This document shows, in pieces, positions 1-8,432 of a stretch of 64,000 nt of DNA. Origin of the DNA: Nannocystis pusilla (lineage in GTDB: Bacteria > Myxococcota_A > Polyangia > Nannocystales > Nannocystaceae); the NCBI RefSeq assembly GCF_026626665.1, contig NZ_JAPNKE010000002.1:1485204-1549203 (forward strand), written 5' to 3'. Position 1 is the stretch's first letter, and every line of letters starts with the position of its first letter. Under the pieces are notes generated by a model, which saw only the letters and a list, made by a program, of their open reading frames with translations, did no database searches and was not told the origin of the DNA. The translations under genes were made by a program, and so were the position numbers.

Positions 1-252
1 CAGGTGGTCGACAACGTGGCCAAGGTCGACATCCGCGCCAAGGCCGAGGCCGGCTACGTCGTGAATCAGGCCGTCGGCACGGCGACCGACAACAGCCTGA
101 TCGTCAACTACGCCTTCGTCGACGCCACCGGCACCGCGGTGGTGTCGGGCAGCGTCCGCTTCGACACCGCGACGACGGTGTCCGCGGGGTACACGCTCGG
201 CGACGTCCGGGTGGTCGACACCGACTCCGGCGCGGGCCGCCGGCGCCGCTAG
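1..252 (+). CDS. 3' fragment of a hypothetical protein whose gene begins upstream of the window
   Basis: Open frame from base 1 (QVVDNVAKVD...) to TAG at 250-252. Gly/Thr/Val-rich composition, no recognisable domain. Confidence 0.3.
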   Translation, partial: QVVDNVAKVDIRAKAEAGYVVNQAVGTATDNSLIVNYAFVDATGTAVVSGSVRFDTATTVSAGYTLGDVRVVDTDSGAGRRRR

Positions 253-405
253 CGTCGGCGCGGGCGGACCTCGGCGGCTGCGCGATCGGACAGGCTCCGA
301 TGCGCGGCCGCGCGGCGCGTCCCCGCCGGGGCGGACGCGTGTCCTACCTCGGAGCTCGATCTGCGCCGTCGATCGCGTCGGCCGACGCGGTGTATCCTTG
401 ACGGC

Positions 406-2019
406 ATGATCGCGGGCCCGCCTTTGATTGAGCCGGCGTCGCCGCGGCTGGTGCCGGTGTGGCGCGAGCTGCTGTGCGACGGCATCACCCCCGTCGAGGT
501 CTACGCCCGCTTGCGGGCCTACGCGCGCGGCGGCGGCTCGGGGCCGCCCGACCTGCCCGGCGTCAGCTTCCTGCTCGAGAGCGCGGGCGGGGCCGGCGAG
601 CGGTGGGCCCGCTACAGCGTGGTCGGCGTCGGCGCGCGGGCCCACGTGCGCGGGGTGTGGAACGGCTACGACCTCGACGTGACGATCACCCCGGGGCCGG
701 GCTTCTCGTTGCCGCCCGGGGTCGAGAACAAGAGCCGCGGGCTGGCGGGGATCGCCGCGCTGCAGCGGGCCTACGAGAGCCCTCCGCGGCCCGATCTGCC
801 GCGCTTCTGGGGCGGCCTGGTCGGCGTGTGGGGCCACGACGCGGCGCGGGTGTTCGACCCGATCCCGGCCGTACCTGGCCTTTCGGTCATGTCGAGCGAT
901 CTGCCGGCGGTCGAGCTGGTGGCGAGCGACACGCTGGTGGTGTTCGACAACTTCTCGAACCGCGTGCGCGTGCTGGCGACCGCGTGCGCCGAGAGCGAGG
1001 GCGGGGCGGAGGCGGCGGAGGCGGCCGCGCGGGCCCGCGTCGACGCGGTGGCGCGGGCGCTGCACGGGCCCTCGGTGCTGGGGCCGCGGCGCGTGCCCGA
1101 CGTCGCGCCGCCGGCGACCGAGGTGGCGGCGCCGTGGTCGCGCGAGAAGTATCGGGCGTCGATCGCGGCCGCGCGCGAGCACATCATGGCCGGCGACATC
1201 TTCCAGGTCGTGCTGTCGCAGCGGTTCGTGAGCCGGCGCGACGGGGTCGACCTGCTCGACGTCTATCGCATGCTGCGGGTCGGCAACCCGGCGCCCTACA
1301 TGTACCTGTTCGACCTGCCGGCGGCGGCGCTGACGGGCGCGTCGCCCGAGGTGCTGGTCCGCTGCGACCGCGACGCGCTGGCGCCGGCGGTGACGGGGGC
1401 CTCGAGCAGCGAGGTGGCCCCGCAGTCCGGCCTGCGCGTGACGGTGCGGCCGATCGCGGGCACGCGGCGGCGCGGCGTCGATGCGGTCGAGGACGAGGCG
1501 CTGGCCAGCGAGCTGTTGGCGGATCCGAAGGAGCGCGCCGAGCACCTCATGTTGGTCGACCTCGGGCGCAACGACCTCGGCCGCGTCAGCGTGGCCGGCA
1601 GCGTGCGGGTGTCGGAGTCGTTCTCGATCGAGCGCTACAGCCGGGTGATGCACATCGTCAGCGAGGTGCAGGGCGAGCTGCGGCCGGAGCTGACGGCGCT
1701 CGACGCCCTGCGCGCGACGTTCCCGGCCGGGACGCTGAGCGGGGCGCCGAAGATCCGCGCGCTGCAGATCATCGACGCGCTCGAGCCGGCCCCGCGCGGC
1801 TGGTACGGCGGCGCGGTCGGCTACCTCGGCTACGACGGCGGGGCCGACTTCGCCATCTGCATCCGCTCGCTGGTCGCTGTGGGCGACGAGTTCCGGGTCC
1901 AGGCCGGCGCGGGGGTCGTGTACGACTCGTCGCCGGAGGGCGAGGACAACGAGTGCCACGTCAAGGCGAGCGCGGTGCTGCGCGCGATCGCGGCGGCGGC
2001 CGAAGGAGGTGCAGCGTGA
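406..2019 (+). CDS. trpE: anthranilate synthase component I
   Basis: 537-aa ORF with clear TrpE/chorismate-binding family similarity (…LMLVDLGRNDLGRV…, …GGAVGYLGYDG… C-terminal motifs). Stop TGA at 2017-2019 overlaps the trpG GTG start. Confidence 0.9.
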   Translation: MIAGPPLIEPASPRLVPVWRELLCDGITPVEVYARLRAYARGGGSGPPDLPGVSFLLESAGGAGERWARYSVVGVGARAHVRGVWNGYDLDVTITPGPGFSLPPGVENKSRGLAGIAALQRAYESPPRPDLPRFWGGLVGVWGHDAARVFDPIPAVPGLSVMSSDLPAVELVASDTLVVFDNFSNRVRVLATACAESEGGAEAAEAAARARVDAVARALHGPSVLGPRRVPDVAPPATEVAAPWSREKYRASIAAAREHIMAGDIFQVVLSQRFVSRRDGVDLLDVYRMLRVGNPAPYMYLFDLPAAALTGASPEVLVRCDRDALAPAVTGASSSEVAPQSGLRVTVRPIAGTRRRGVDAVEDEALASELLADPKERAEHLMLVDLGRNDLGRVSVAGSVRVSESFSIERYSRVMHIVSEVQGELRPELTALDALRATFPAGTLSGAPKIRALQIIDALEPAPRGWYGGAVGYLGYDGGADFAICIRSLVAVGDEFRVQAGAGVVYDSSPEGEDNECHVKASAVLRAIAAAAEGGAA

Positions 2020-2726
2020 GCGCGAACGACAACCCCGCGGTCACGGCCGTCGACGCGGCCGCCCCGCCGCTGCCGGGCGGCCAGCGCCTGCGGCCCGCCG
2101 GCGCGGCGCGGCCGGGCTGCCGCGTGCTGGTGATCGACAACTACGACTCGTTCACCTTCAACCTGGTGCAGTACCTGCTGCAGCTCGGCGCGGTGGTCGA
2201 CGTCCACCGCAACGACGCCGTCAAGCTCGAGCAGGTGCTGGCCGACGCGCCGAGCCACATCGTCCTGTCCCCGGGGCCAGGTACGCCGGCGGACAGCGGG
2301 GTGTGCCAGGACCTGTGCCGCCGGCTGGCCGAGGCCGACGCGCCGGCGATCCCGGTGCTCGGGGTGTGCCTCGGCCACCAGACGCTGTGCGAGGTGCTGG
2401 GCGCGCGGGTCGAGCGGGCCGGGCGCATCATGCACGGCAAGCTGTCGCCGATGCTGCACGACGCCACCGGGGTGTTCGCCGGGCTGCCGTCGCCGTTCAT
2501 GGCCACGCGCTACCACAGCCTGATCGCGGTCGAGAGCACGCTGCCGGCCTCGCTGATCCCCAACGCGCGCACCGACGCCGGCGAGCTGATGGGCGTGCGC
2601 CACGCGACGCGGCCGCTGCACGGGGTCCAGTTCCACCCGGAGTCGGTGCTCAGCGAGCACGGCCACGCGATGCTGCGCACCTTCCTCGAGATGCATGTCT
2701 CTTCGAACATGGCGGTGACGACATGA
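2016..2726 (+). CDS. trpG: anthranilate synthase component II (glutamine amidotransferase)
   Basis: GTG at 2016 overlaps the trpE stop (GTGA), preceded by RBS-like GAAGGAGG at 2002-2009. Carries VLVIDNYDSFTFNL, the GVCLGHQ catalytic Cys motif and HPES. Only the last part of the 459..2726 long ORF is real. Confidence 0.9.
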   Translation: MSANDNPAVTAVDAAAPPLPGGQRLRPAGAARPGCRVLVIDNYDSFTFNLVQYLLQLGAVVDVHRNDAVKLEQVLADAPSHIVLSPGPGTPADSGVCQDLCRRLAEADAPAIPVLGVCLGHQTLCEVLGARVERAGRIMHGKLSPMLHDATGVFAGLPSPFMATRYHSLIAVESTLPASLIPNARTDAGELMGVRHATRPLHGVQFHPESVLSEHGHAMLRTFLEMHVSSNMAVTT

Positions 2727-3790
2727 CCGAAGGGACAGCCGACGAGGCGCTGCGGCGCGGGCTGGGCCGGCTGGTCCGCGGCGAGGCGATCGAGGAGGGC
2801 GAGGCGCTGGCGATCTTCCGCGAGATCGTGGCCGGCGCGGCCGACCCGGCGCAGATCGGCGGGCTCCTGGTGGCGCTGGCGATCCGCGGCGAGACGGCGC
2901 CGGTTATCGCGGGCGCGGTGCGGGCGATGCGAGAGGCGGTGGTGCCGGTGCCGCTGCGCGAGAGCGGGGCGATCGACACCTGCGGGACCGGCGGCAGCGG
3001 GGTGGCCCGGCGCAACGTGTCGACGGCGGTGGCGATCGCGGCGGCGGCCTGCGGGGCGCGGGTGGCCAAGCACGGCAACCGCGGGATCTCGAGCCCGTGC
3101 GGCTCGGCCGACGTGCTGGCCGCGCTCGGGGTCGACATCACCGCGCCGCCCGAGCGCGTCGGCCAGTGCGTCGACGAGGTCGGCGTCGGCTTCATGTTCG
3201 CGCCCAGCCTGCACCCGGCGATGCGCCACGCGGCCGCCCCGCGCAAGGCGCTGGGGCTGCGCACCCTGTTCAACCTGGTCGGGCCGATGTGCAACCCGGC
3301 GGGGGTGCGCCGGCAGGTGATCGGCGTGTTCGACCCGGGCAAGGTCGAGGCGATGGCGGCGGCCCTGGGCGCCCTCGGCAGCGAGCGCGTGTTCGTGGTT
3401 CACGGCTTCTTCGCCGGCGCGGACCGGCCCGGGATCGACGACCTCAGCCCCGAGGGGCCGAGCACGGTGGCCGAGTGGCACCGCGGCGCGCTGCGCACGT
3501 ACACGCTGCGCCCGGGCGACGCCGAGCTGCCGGAGGTGCCGATCGCGGCGATCGCCGGCGACGACGCGGCCGGCAACGCGAGCGCGCTGCGGGCCCTCCT
3601 GGCCGGCGAGCCGGGGGCCTACCGTACAAGTGTACAGTACAGCGGGGCGCTGGCCCTGCTGGCGGCCGGCGACGACGGCATCGAGACGCTGCCGGCCAAG
3701 GCGCGGGCGATCGGCGCCGCGCTCGAAGACGGCCGGGCCGCGGCGGTGCTCGACCGGCTCGTCGCCGCCAGCCGCGCTGCGCTACCCTGA
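2723..3790 (+). CDS. trpD: anthranilate phosphoribosyltransferase
   Basis: ATG at 2723 overlaps the trpG stop (ATGA). GTGGSG…KHGNR motifs and the C-terminal glycosyl-transferase family 3 region are present. Confidence 0.9.
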   Translation: MTEGTADEALRRGLGRLVRGEAIEEGEALAIFREIVAGAADPAQIGGLLVALAIRGETAPVIAGAVRAMREAVVPVPLRESGAIDTCGTGGSGVARRNVSTAVAIAAAACGARVAKHGNRGISSPCGSADVLAALGVDITAPPERVGQCVDEVGVGFMFAPSLHPAMRHAAAPRKALGLRTLFNLVGPMCNPAGVRRQVIGVFDPGKVEAMAAALGALGSERVFVVHGFFAGADRPGIDDLSPEGPSTVAEWHRGALRTYTLRPGDAELPEVPIAAIAGDDAAGNASALRALLAGEPGAYRTSVQYSGALALLAAGDDGIETLPAKARAIGAALEDGRAAAVLDRLVAASRAALP

Positions 3791-3799
3791 GGGCAGGAC

Positions 3800-4606
3800 A
3801 TGAGCGACAAAGGCAGCACGTACCTCGACAAGATCCTGGCCGCCAAGCGGGCCGAGCTCGCCGCCCCCCGGGCGACCCGCTCGGGAGCGCTGACCGACCG
3901 CGAGCTGATCGAGCTCGGCGCCCGCCTGCCGCGCCCGCGCGACTTCATCGGCGCGCTGCGCGAGGGCCCGCGCCCGGGGATCATCGCCGAGTTCAAGCGC
4001 GCGTCGCCCAGCGCCGGCGTGCTGCGCGAAGGCGCCGATGCGCGCCAGATCGCGATGCTCTACGCGGCCGGCGGCGCGACCTGCATGAGCGTGCTGTGCG
4101 ACCGGCACTTCCAGGGCTCGCTCGAAGACCTCCGGACCGTGCGCCAGAGCGTGGCGCTGCCGCTCCTGGCCAAGGACTTCATCCTCGAGAAGACGCAGAT
4201 CGTCGAGGCCAAGCGGGTCGGGGCCGACTGCGTGCTGCTGATCGTCGCGGCCCTGCCGGCGCCGCAGCTGCGCAACCTGATCGAGTTCTCCCACACGCTC
4301 GAGATGCAGGTGCTGTGCGAGACCCGCGACGAGGCGGAGATCGATCGCGCCATGGCAGCCGGGGCGAAGCTCATCGGGGTCAACTCGCGCGACCTGCAGA
4401 CGTTCGAGCTCGACCCCGACCGCGCGGCCAAGCTGCGCAAGTACGTGCCCAAGAGCTTTACGTACGTGGCCGAGAGCGGGGTCCGGACGATCGACGACGC
4501 GCTCCGCCTGCGCGACTCGGGGGCCGACGCGCTGCTGATCGGCAGCTACTTCATGACGGCCGACCAACCGGGCGAGGCGCTGCGCGACCTGGTGATGGCG
4601 CTGTGA
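3800..4606 (+). CDS. trpC: indole-3-glycerol phosphate synthase
   Basis: 268-aa ORF with IGPS family similarity (IAEFKRASPS…GVNSRDL…ESGV motifs). Starts 10 nt after the trpD stop. Confidence 0.9.
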   Translation: MSDKGSTYLDKILAAKRAELAAPRATRSGALTDRELIELGARLPRPRDFIGALREGPRPGIIAEFKRASPSAGVLREGADARQIAMLYAAGGATCMSVLCDRHFQGSLEDLRTVRQSVALPLLAKDFILEKTQIVEAKRVGADCVLLIVAALPAPQLRNLIEFSHTLEMQVLCETRDEAEIDRAMAAGAKLIGVNSRDLQTFELDPDRAAKLRKYVPKSFTYVAESGVRTIDDALRLRDSGADALLIGSYFMTADQPGEALRDLVMAL

Positions 4607-4709
4607 GGCTGGCGTCCAGATCCGGTGCCCCGGCGACCGACGGCGGGGTCGCGTGGCGCCTGGCTTCGGGGGCATGTTCTTCCGGACAGGGTGAGAAGGA
4701 CAGGTCCGC

Positions 4710-5342
4710 ATGGCGGTGAAGCTCAAGGTGTGCGGGGTGACCCGCGCCGAGGACCTGGCGGCCTGCGTCGAGCTGGGGGTCGACGCAGTGGGGATCAACC
4801 TGTGGAGCGGGTCGCGACGCGGGCTGTCGCTGACCGAGGCGGGGGCGCTGCTGCGCGCGGTCGACCCGCCGCGCTCGCTCGAGCGCGTGGGGGTGTTCGT
4901 CGAGCCGTCGGCCGAGGAGGTCCGCCGCGCGGCCGAGACGCTGGCGCTCGACCTCGTGCAGATCGTCGGGGCCGAAGAGGTGACGGGCTACGGGCTGCCG
5001 TATCTGTGGGTGGTCCGCGGCACGCCTGCCCTGGCCGAGCTGCTGCCGCCGACGCCCCGGCCGGCCCGGGCGCTGCTCGACGCGGCGGTGCCCGGCTACG
5101 GCGGGGCGGGCCAGACGACCGACTGGGCGTGGGCGGCGACGGCGGTGCAGCAGCTCGCGGGGCTCGAGGTGTGGCTGGCCGGCGGGATCACGCCGGCCAA
5201 CGCGGCCGAGGCGATCGCGCAGGTTCGCCCGGCGGGGCTCGACGTCGCCAGCGGGACGGAGCTGCCCGGGGCGCGCCGCGGGGAGAAGGACCGCGCGGCG
5301 ATCGTGGCGCTGCTGGCGGCCTGTCGCGGCCTGCCTGATTGA
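4710..5342 (+). CDS. trpF: phosphoribosylanthranilate isomerase
   Basis: 210-aa ORF beginning MAVKLKVCGVT…, a typical PRAI N-terminus. Last gene of the trpEGDCF cluster. Confidence 0.85.
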   Translation: MAVKLKVCGVTRAEDLAACVELGVDAVGINLWSGSRRGLSLTEAGALLRAVDPPRSLERVGVFVEPSAEEVRRAAETLALDLVQIVGAEEVTGYGLPYLWVVRGTPALAELLPPTPRPARALLDAAVPGYGGAGQTTDWAWAATAVQQLAGLEVWLAGGITPANAAEAIAQVRPAGLDVASGTELPGARRGEKDRAAIVALLAACRGLPD

Positions 5343-5428
5343 GCATGTTCGGGTGGGCATGTCCGCCGGGACATGTGCGAAAGGACGTGCGCGAAAGGTC
5401 ATGTGTGAAGGGGCATGTCTTTTCGCCG
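5343..5428. repeat. 14-bp periodic repeat array, core GGRCATGTCY, about 6 units
   Basis: …catgttcgggtgggcatgtccgccgggacatgtgcgaaaggacgtgcgcgaaaggtcatgtgtgaaggggcatgtct… lies between trpF and the Mur-ligase-like gene. Confidence 0.7.
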
Positions 5429-5723
5429 CAGCGCGCCGGCGCGAGGCCGTGACGGCGCCGGCGCCGGTGCCCGCGGGCGGGCGCGGGCGTTCGAGGCGAG
5501 GACCTGCTCGCGGACGGGCTCGCGCGAGCCAGAAGAGCGTGGCGAGCGGAACGAGAGGCGCGGGCGGGAGCGGGGCGCGGTTGCGGCGAGCGTGGACCGC
5601 GGAGCCACCGCAGTGCGCGCTCGCAGCGTCGCGCGCGAGACGAGCGTCGGCGGGGCAGGTTATGCTCGCCGGGTGACGAGCGTCTCGCGGCCAGTGCCGG
5701 CGGCGGCTCCGTGGGCGGAGTCG

Positions 5724-6917
5724 ATGTTCTCGTTCGGCGTCACCGGCACCAACGGCAAGACGTCGACGACGTGGATGCTGGCGGCGGCGGTGCGAGCGGC
5801 CGGGCTGTCGGTGCTGCGGGTGTCGACGCTCGGGGTCGCGTTCGACGACGAGGCGTGGCCGCGCGGCAAGCGGTTCACCGACTTCGTGGCCACTCTGGCG
5901 CGGGCGCACGAGCGCGGGGCCAGGCACGCGGTGATCGAGACGACCAGCCACGCGCTGGCGCAGGGCTACGCGCGCAGCTGGCGGTTCGACCTCGGGGTGT
6001 TCACCAACCTGTCGGTCGATCACTTCGGCACGCACGGCAGCTGGGAGCACTACCTGGCGGCCAAGGCCCAGCTGTTCATGCACCTGGGACCCGGGCGCGT
6101 GGCGGTGCTCAACGCGGCCGACAAGCACGCGCTGTTCGTCGACCAGGCGATCCCCGCCGACGTGGAGCGGCGGTGGTTCGCGGCGCCGGGTCGCGGGCCG
6201 CGGCTGCGCGCGGCGGATCTCGAGGCCGAGGCGATCGAGGTCGAGGCGACGGGGACGCGGGTGGTGCTGCGCCCGTCACCGGCCGCGGAGGCGCTCGGCG
6301 GGGCGCTCTTCACCAGGATGGTGGGCGAGGTGTTCGCCGAGAACGCGCTGGCGGCCGCGCTCGCGGGGCTCGCGGCCGGGCTGTCGGGCGAGGCGGTGGC
6401 GCGCGGGATCGCCGGGTGCCCGATCGTGCCGGGGCGCTTCGAAGTGCTGGCCCACGGATCCGGCCGGCCGACGATCGCGGTCGACTATGCGCACTCGCCC
6501 GACGCGCTGACGCACACGTGCGCGACGGCGCGGCGGCTCGCGGGGCCGCGGGGCCGGGTGTTCGTGGTGTTCGGCGCGGGCGGCAACGCGACGCCGGAGA
6601 AGCGCGCGCCGATGGGCGCGGCCGTCGGCGCGCTGGCCGACGTGGCCCTGGTGACGAGCGACAACCCGCGCGACGAGGCGCCGGAGGCGATCGCGGCCGC
6701 AGTGGTGGAAGGGCTGCAGGGCGGCCGCGCGGGCTGGTCGATCGTGCTCGACCGCGGGCAGGCGATCGCGGAGGCGATCGCGGCGGCCAAGGCCGGCGAC
6801 GTGGTGGTGGTCGCGGGCAAGGGGCACGAGGAGGGGCAGACGGCGCGCGGGCAGACGCGGCCGTTCTCCGACGTCGCCGAGGTGCGGCGGCTCGTCGGCG
6901 CGCCGGACACGGAGTGA
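5724..6917 (+). CDS. Mur ligase family protein, MurE-like central and C-terminal domains, lacking the N-terminal domain
   Basis: P-loop GVTGTNGKTSTT at the ATG, a TSDNPRDE motif, and a C-terminal AGKGHEEGQ…RPFSD typical of MurE. The upstream 100 aa of the 5415..6917 ORF is Arg-rich wrong-frame-like text. A possible alternative GTG start lies at 5673. Confidence 0.6.
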   Translation: MFSFGVTGTNGKTSTTWMLAAAVRAAGLSVLRVSTLGVAFDDEAWPRGKRFTDFVATLARAHERGARHAVIETTSHALAQGYARSWRFDLGVFTNLSVDHFGTHGSWEHYLAAKAQLFMHLGPGRVAVLNAADKHALFVDQAIPADVERRWFAAPGRGPRLRAADLEAEAIEVEATGTRVVLRPSPAAEALGGALFTRMVGEVFAENALAAALAGLAAGLSGEAVARGIAGCPIVPGRFEVLAHGSGRPTIAVDYAHSPDALTHTCATARRLAGPRGRVFVVFGAGGNATPEKRAPMGAAVGALADVALVTSDNPRDEAPEAIAAAVVEGLQGGRAGWSIVLDRGQAIAEAIAAAKAGDVVVVAGKGHEEGQTARGQTRPFSDVAEVRRLVGAPDTE

Positions 6918-6920
6918 TCG

Positions 6921-7015
6921 ATAGGGCATGTCGAAAAGGGCATGTCTTTTGGGAAGTCTGGAAAGAACATGCCCTGGAGAGCATGTTCCATGGGACATAC
7001 ACATGTCTCACGGGC
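6921..7015. repeat. 14-bp periodic repeat array, about 6 units
   Basis: …gggcatgtcgaaaagggcatgtcttttggg…gaacatgccctggagagcatgttccatgggacatacacatgtctc… lies between the convergent Mur-ligase-like and TPR genes. Confidence 0.7.
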
Positions 7016-8432
7016 CCGCGCGCTGGCTCAGCCACGCGAGCACGGCGTCGCGGGTCTCGCCGGGGTCGAGCGCGGCGGCGGCGGCCTGGGCGGCGGCGAT
7101 CGCCTCGCCGAGGTCGTCGGGGTGAGCCAGCGCGAGCGCCCGCGCCAGTTCGAACTGGGCCGCGGCGATCGTGGCGGGCGCGGCCCCGGCGTCCCGCAGG
7201 AGCTCGAGCGCCGTCTGGAGCGCCTGTAGGGCGGCGTCGGGCTCGGCGAGCTCGACGTGCAGCCGACCCAGCGCCAGCTGGGCCTGGCCGACCAGCGGGT
7301 GGCGCGGGCCGTGCGCGGCCGACCAGGTGTCGATCGCCGCGCGCACGTGGGGGACGGCGGCGGCCGGGTCGCCGCGCGCGAGCAGGACCTCGGCGAGGTT
7401 GTTATGGGCGTGGCCGAGGGTCGGGCTGGTCGGCGACAGCGCGCCGTCGGCGAGGGCGAGCACCTCGCGGTAGCTGCGGGCGGCGCCCTCGAGGTCGCCC
7501 ATGACCTGCAGCAGCGCGCCGTGGTTGTTGACGAGGGTGGCGAAGCCCGGGTGGCTGGTGCCGAGGCGGGCGGCGAGCGTCTCGCGGACGCGGGCGTAGA
7601 GCGCGAGGGCTCCCGGGTAGTCGCCGCTGCGGCGCAGCACCGCGGCGAGGTTGGCGGCGGTGTTGGCGACGAGCACGTGATCGCGGCCGAGGCTCGACTC
7701 GGCGATGTCGAGGGCGGCCTCGAAGCGGGCGCGGGCCTCGTCGAGCGCGCCCTCGGCGACGGCGATGTTGCCGAGATTGGCGTAGAGCGAGGCTGCGGCC
7801 CGCGGGTCGCCGTCGATGCGGGGGAGCAGGGCTTCGGCGAGCGCGCCCCAGCGCCGGCCTTCGGCGCCGCGGTGGGCGAGGAAGCCGACCACGTGCGCGG
7901 CCGAGATGGCCGCCCACGCGGCGACCTCGGCTTGGTCGCCGGCGAGCCCGTCGAGGAAGGCCTGCTCGAGGGCGGCGGTCGCCTCGTCGACGCCGCCGCG
8001 CAGGCCGAGGAGCGAGCCGAGCAGCAGGCCGGTCTCGGCGCGCGCGGGCACATGGCCGAGGCGCACGGCCTCGTCGTGGGCGACGCGCGCGAGCGCCAGG
8101 GCGTCGTCGTAGTGGCCGGCCAGGCGCAGGGCGCGGGCGCGATCGAGGTCGGCGCGGAGGCGGGCGACCGGCTCGCGCAGGCGCGGCTCGTCGGGCTCGC
8201 CGTGCGCATCCCGGGCGGCGTCGAGGTCGACACAGGCGGCCGCCGGCGTCAGCGCTTCGCTCGCCTCGAGCGCGTGCAGCACGGTGCGCTCGTCGGCGTC
8301 GGCGAACACGGCGAGCAGTGCGGCGAGCTCGTCGCGCCGCCGCTCGAGGCAGCGCATGCGGTGATCGAGGGCCTCGCTCGACTGCTCACCGCGGACGTGA
8401 GTGGCGGCGCAGATCTCGGAGTAGGCGGCCAC
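7008..8432 (-). CDS. TPR-repeat protein; possibly the C-terminal domain of the upstream Ser/Thr kinase
   Basis: 474-aa frame full of TPR-like repeats (…LGNIAVAEGALDEARARFEAAL…). Overlaps the kinase ORF 8386-8432 in another frame. The first ATG is at 8357 (MRCLERRR…). Confidence 0.6.
   Translation of the reverse strand: MAAYSEICAATHVRGEQSSEALDHRMRCLERRRDELAALLAVFADADERTVLHALEASEALTPAAACVDLDAARDAHGEPDEPRLREPVARLRADLDRARALRLAGHYDDALALARVAHDEAVRLGHVPARAETGLLLGSLLGLRGGVDEATAALEQAFLDGLAGDQAEVAAWAAISAAHVVGFLAHRGAEGRRWGALAEALLPRIDGDPRAAASLYANLGNIAVAEGALDEARARFEAALDIAESSLGRDHVLVANTAANLAAVLRRSGDYPGALALYARVRETLAARLGTSHPGFATLVNNHGALLQVMGDLEGAARSYREVLALADGALSPTSPTLGHAHNNLAEVLLARGDPAAAVPHVRAAIDTWSAAHGPRHPLVGQAQLALGRLHVELAEPDAALQALQTALELLRDAGAAPATIAAAQFELARALALAHPDDLGEAIAAAQAAAAALDPGETRDAVLAWLSQRAGP

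Noticed and set aside
253-405. trp leader peptide or attenuator upstream of trpE
   Set aside because: No short Trp-codon-rich leader ORF or alternative terminator and antiterminator hairpins are evident. High-GC lineages usually lack this mechanism.
459-2726. 755-aa ORF spanning trpE and trpG in another frame, plus many similarly long Arg/Pro/Gly-rich ORFs on both strands
   Set aside because: These are typical high-GC artefacts: low-complexity Arg/Pro/Ala/Gly-rich translations overlapping well-supported genes in other frames. Examples are 2009..3790 (N-terminal part), 8542..10608, 11445..12785, 12271..13950, 28481..31708 and 28776..32198. Only the segments matching known families were kept.
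5415-5723. N-terminal 100-aa extension of the Mur-ligase-like ORF (MSFRRSAPARGRDG…)
   Set aside because: Extremely Arg/Gly/Ala-rich with no resemblance to the MurE N-terminal domain. The P-loop domain begins right at the ATG at 5724.
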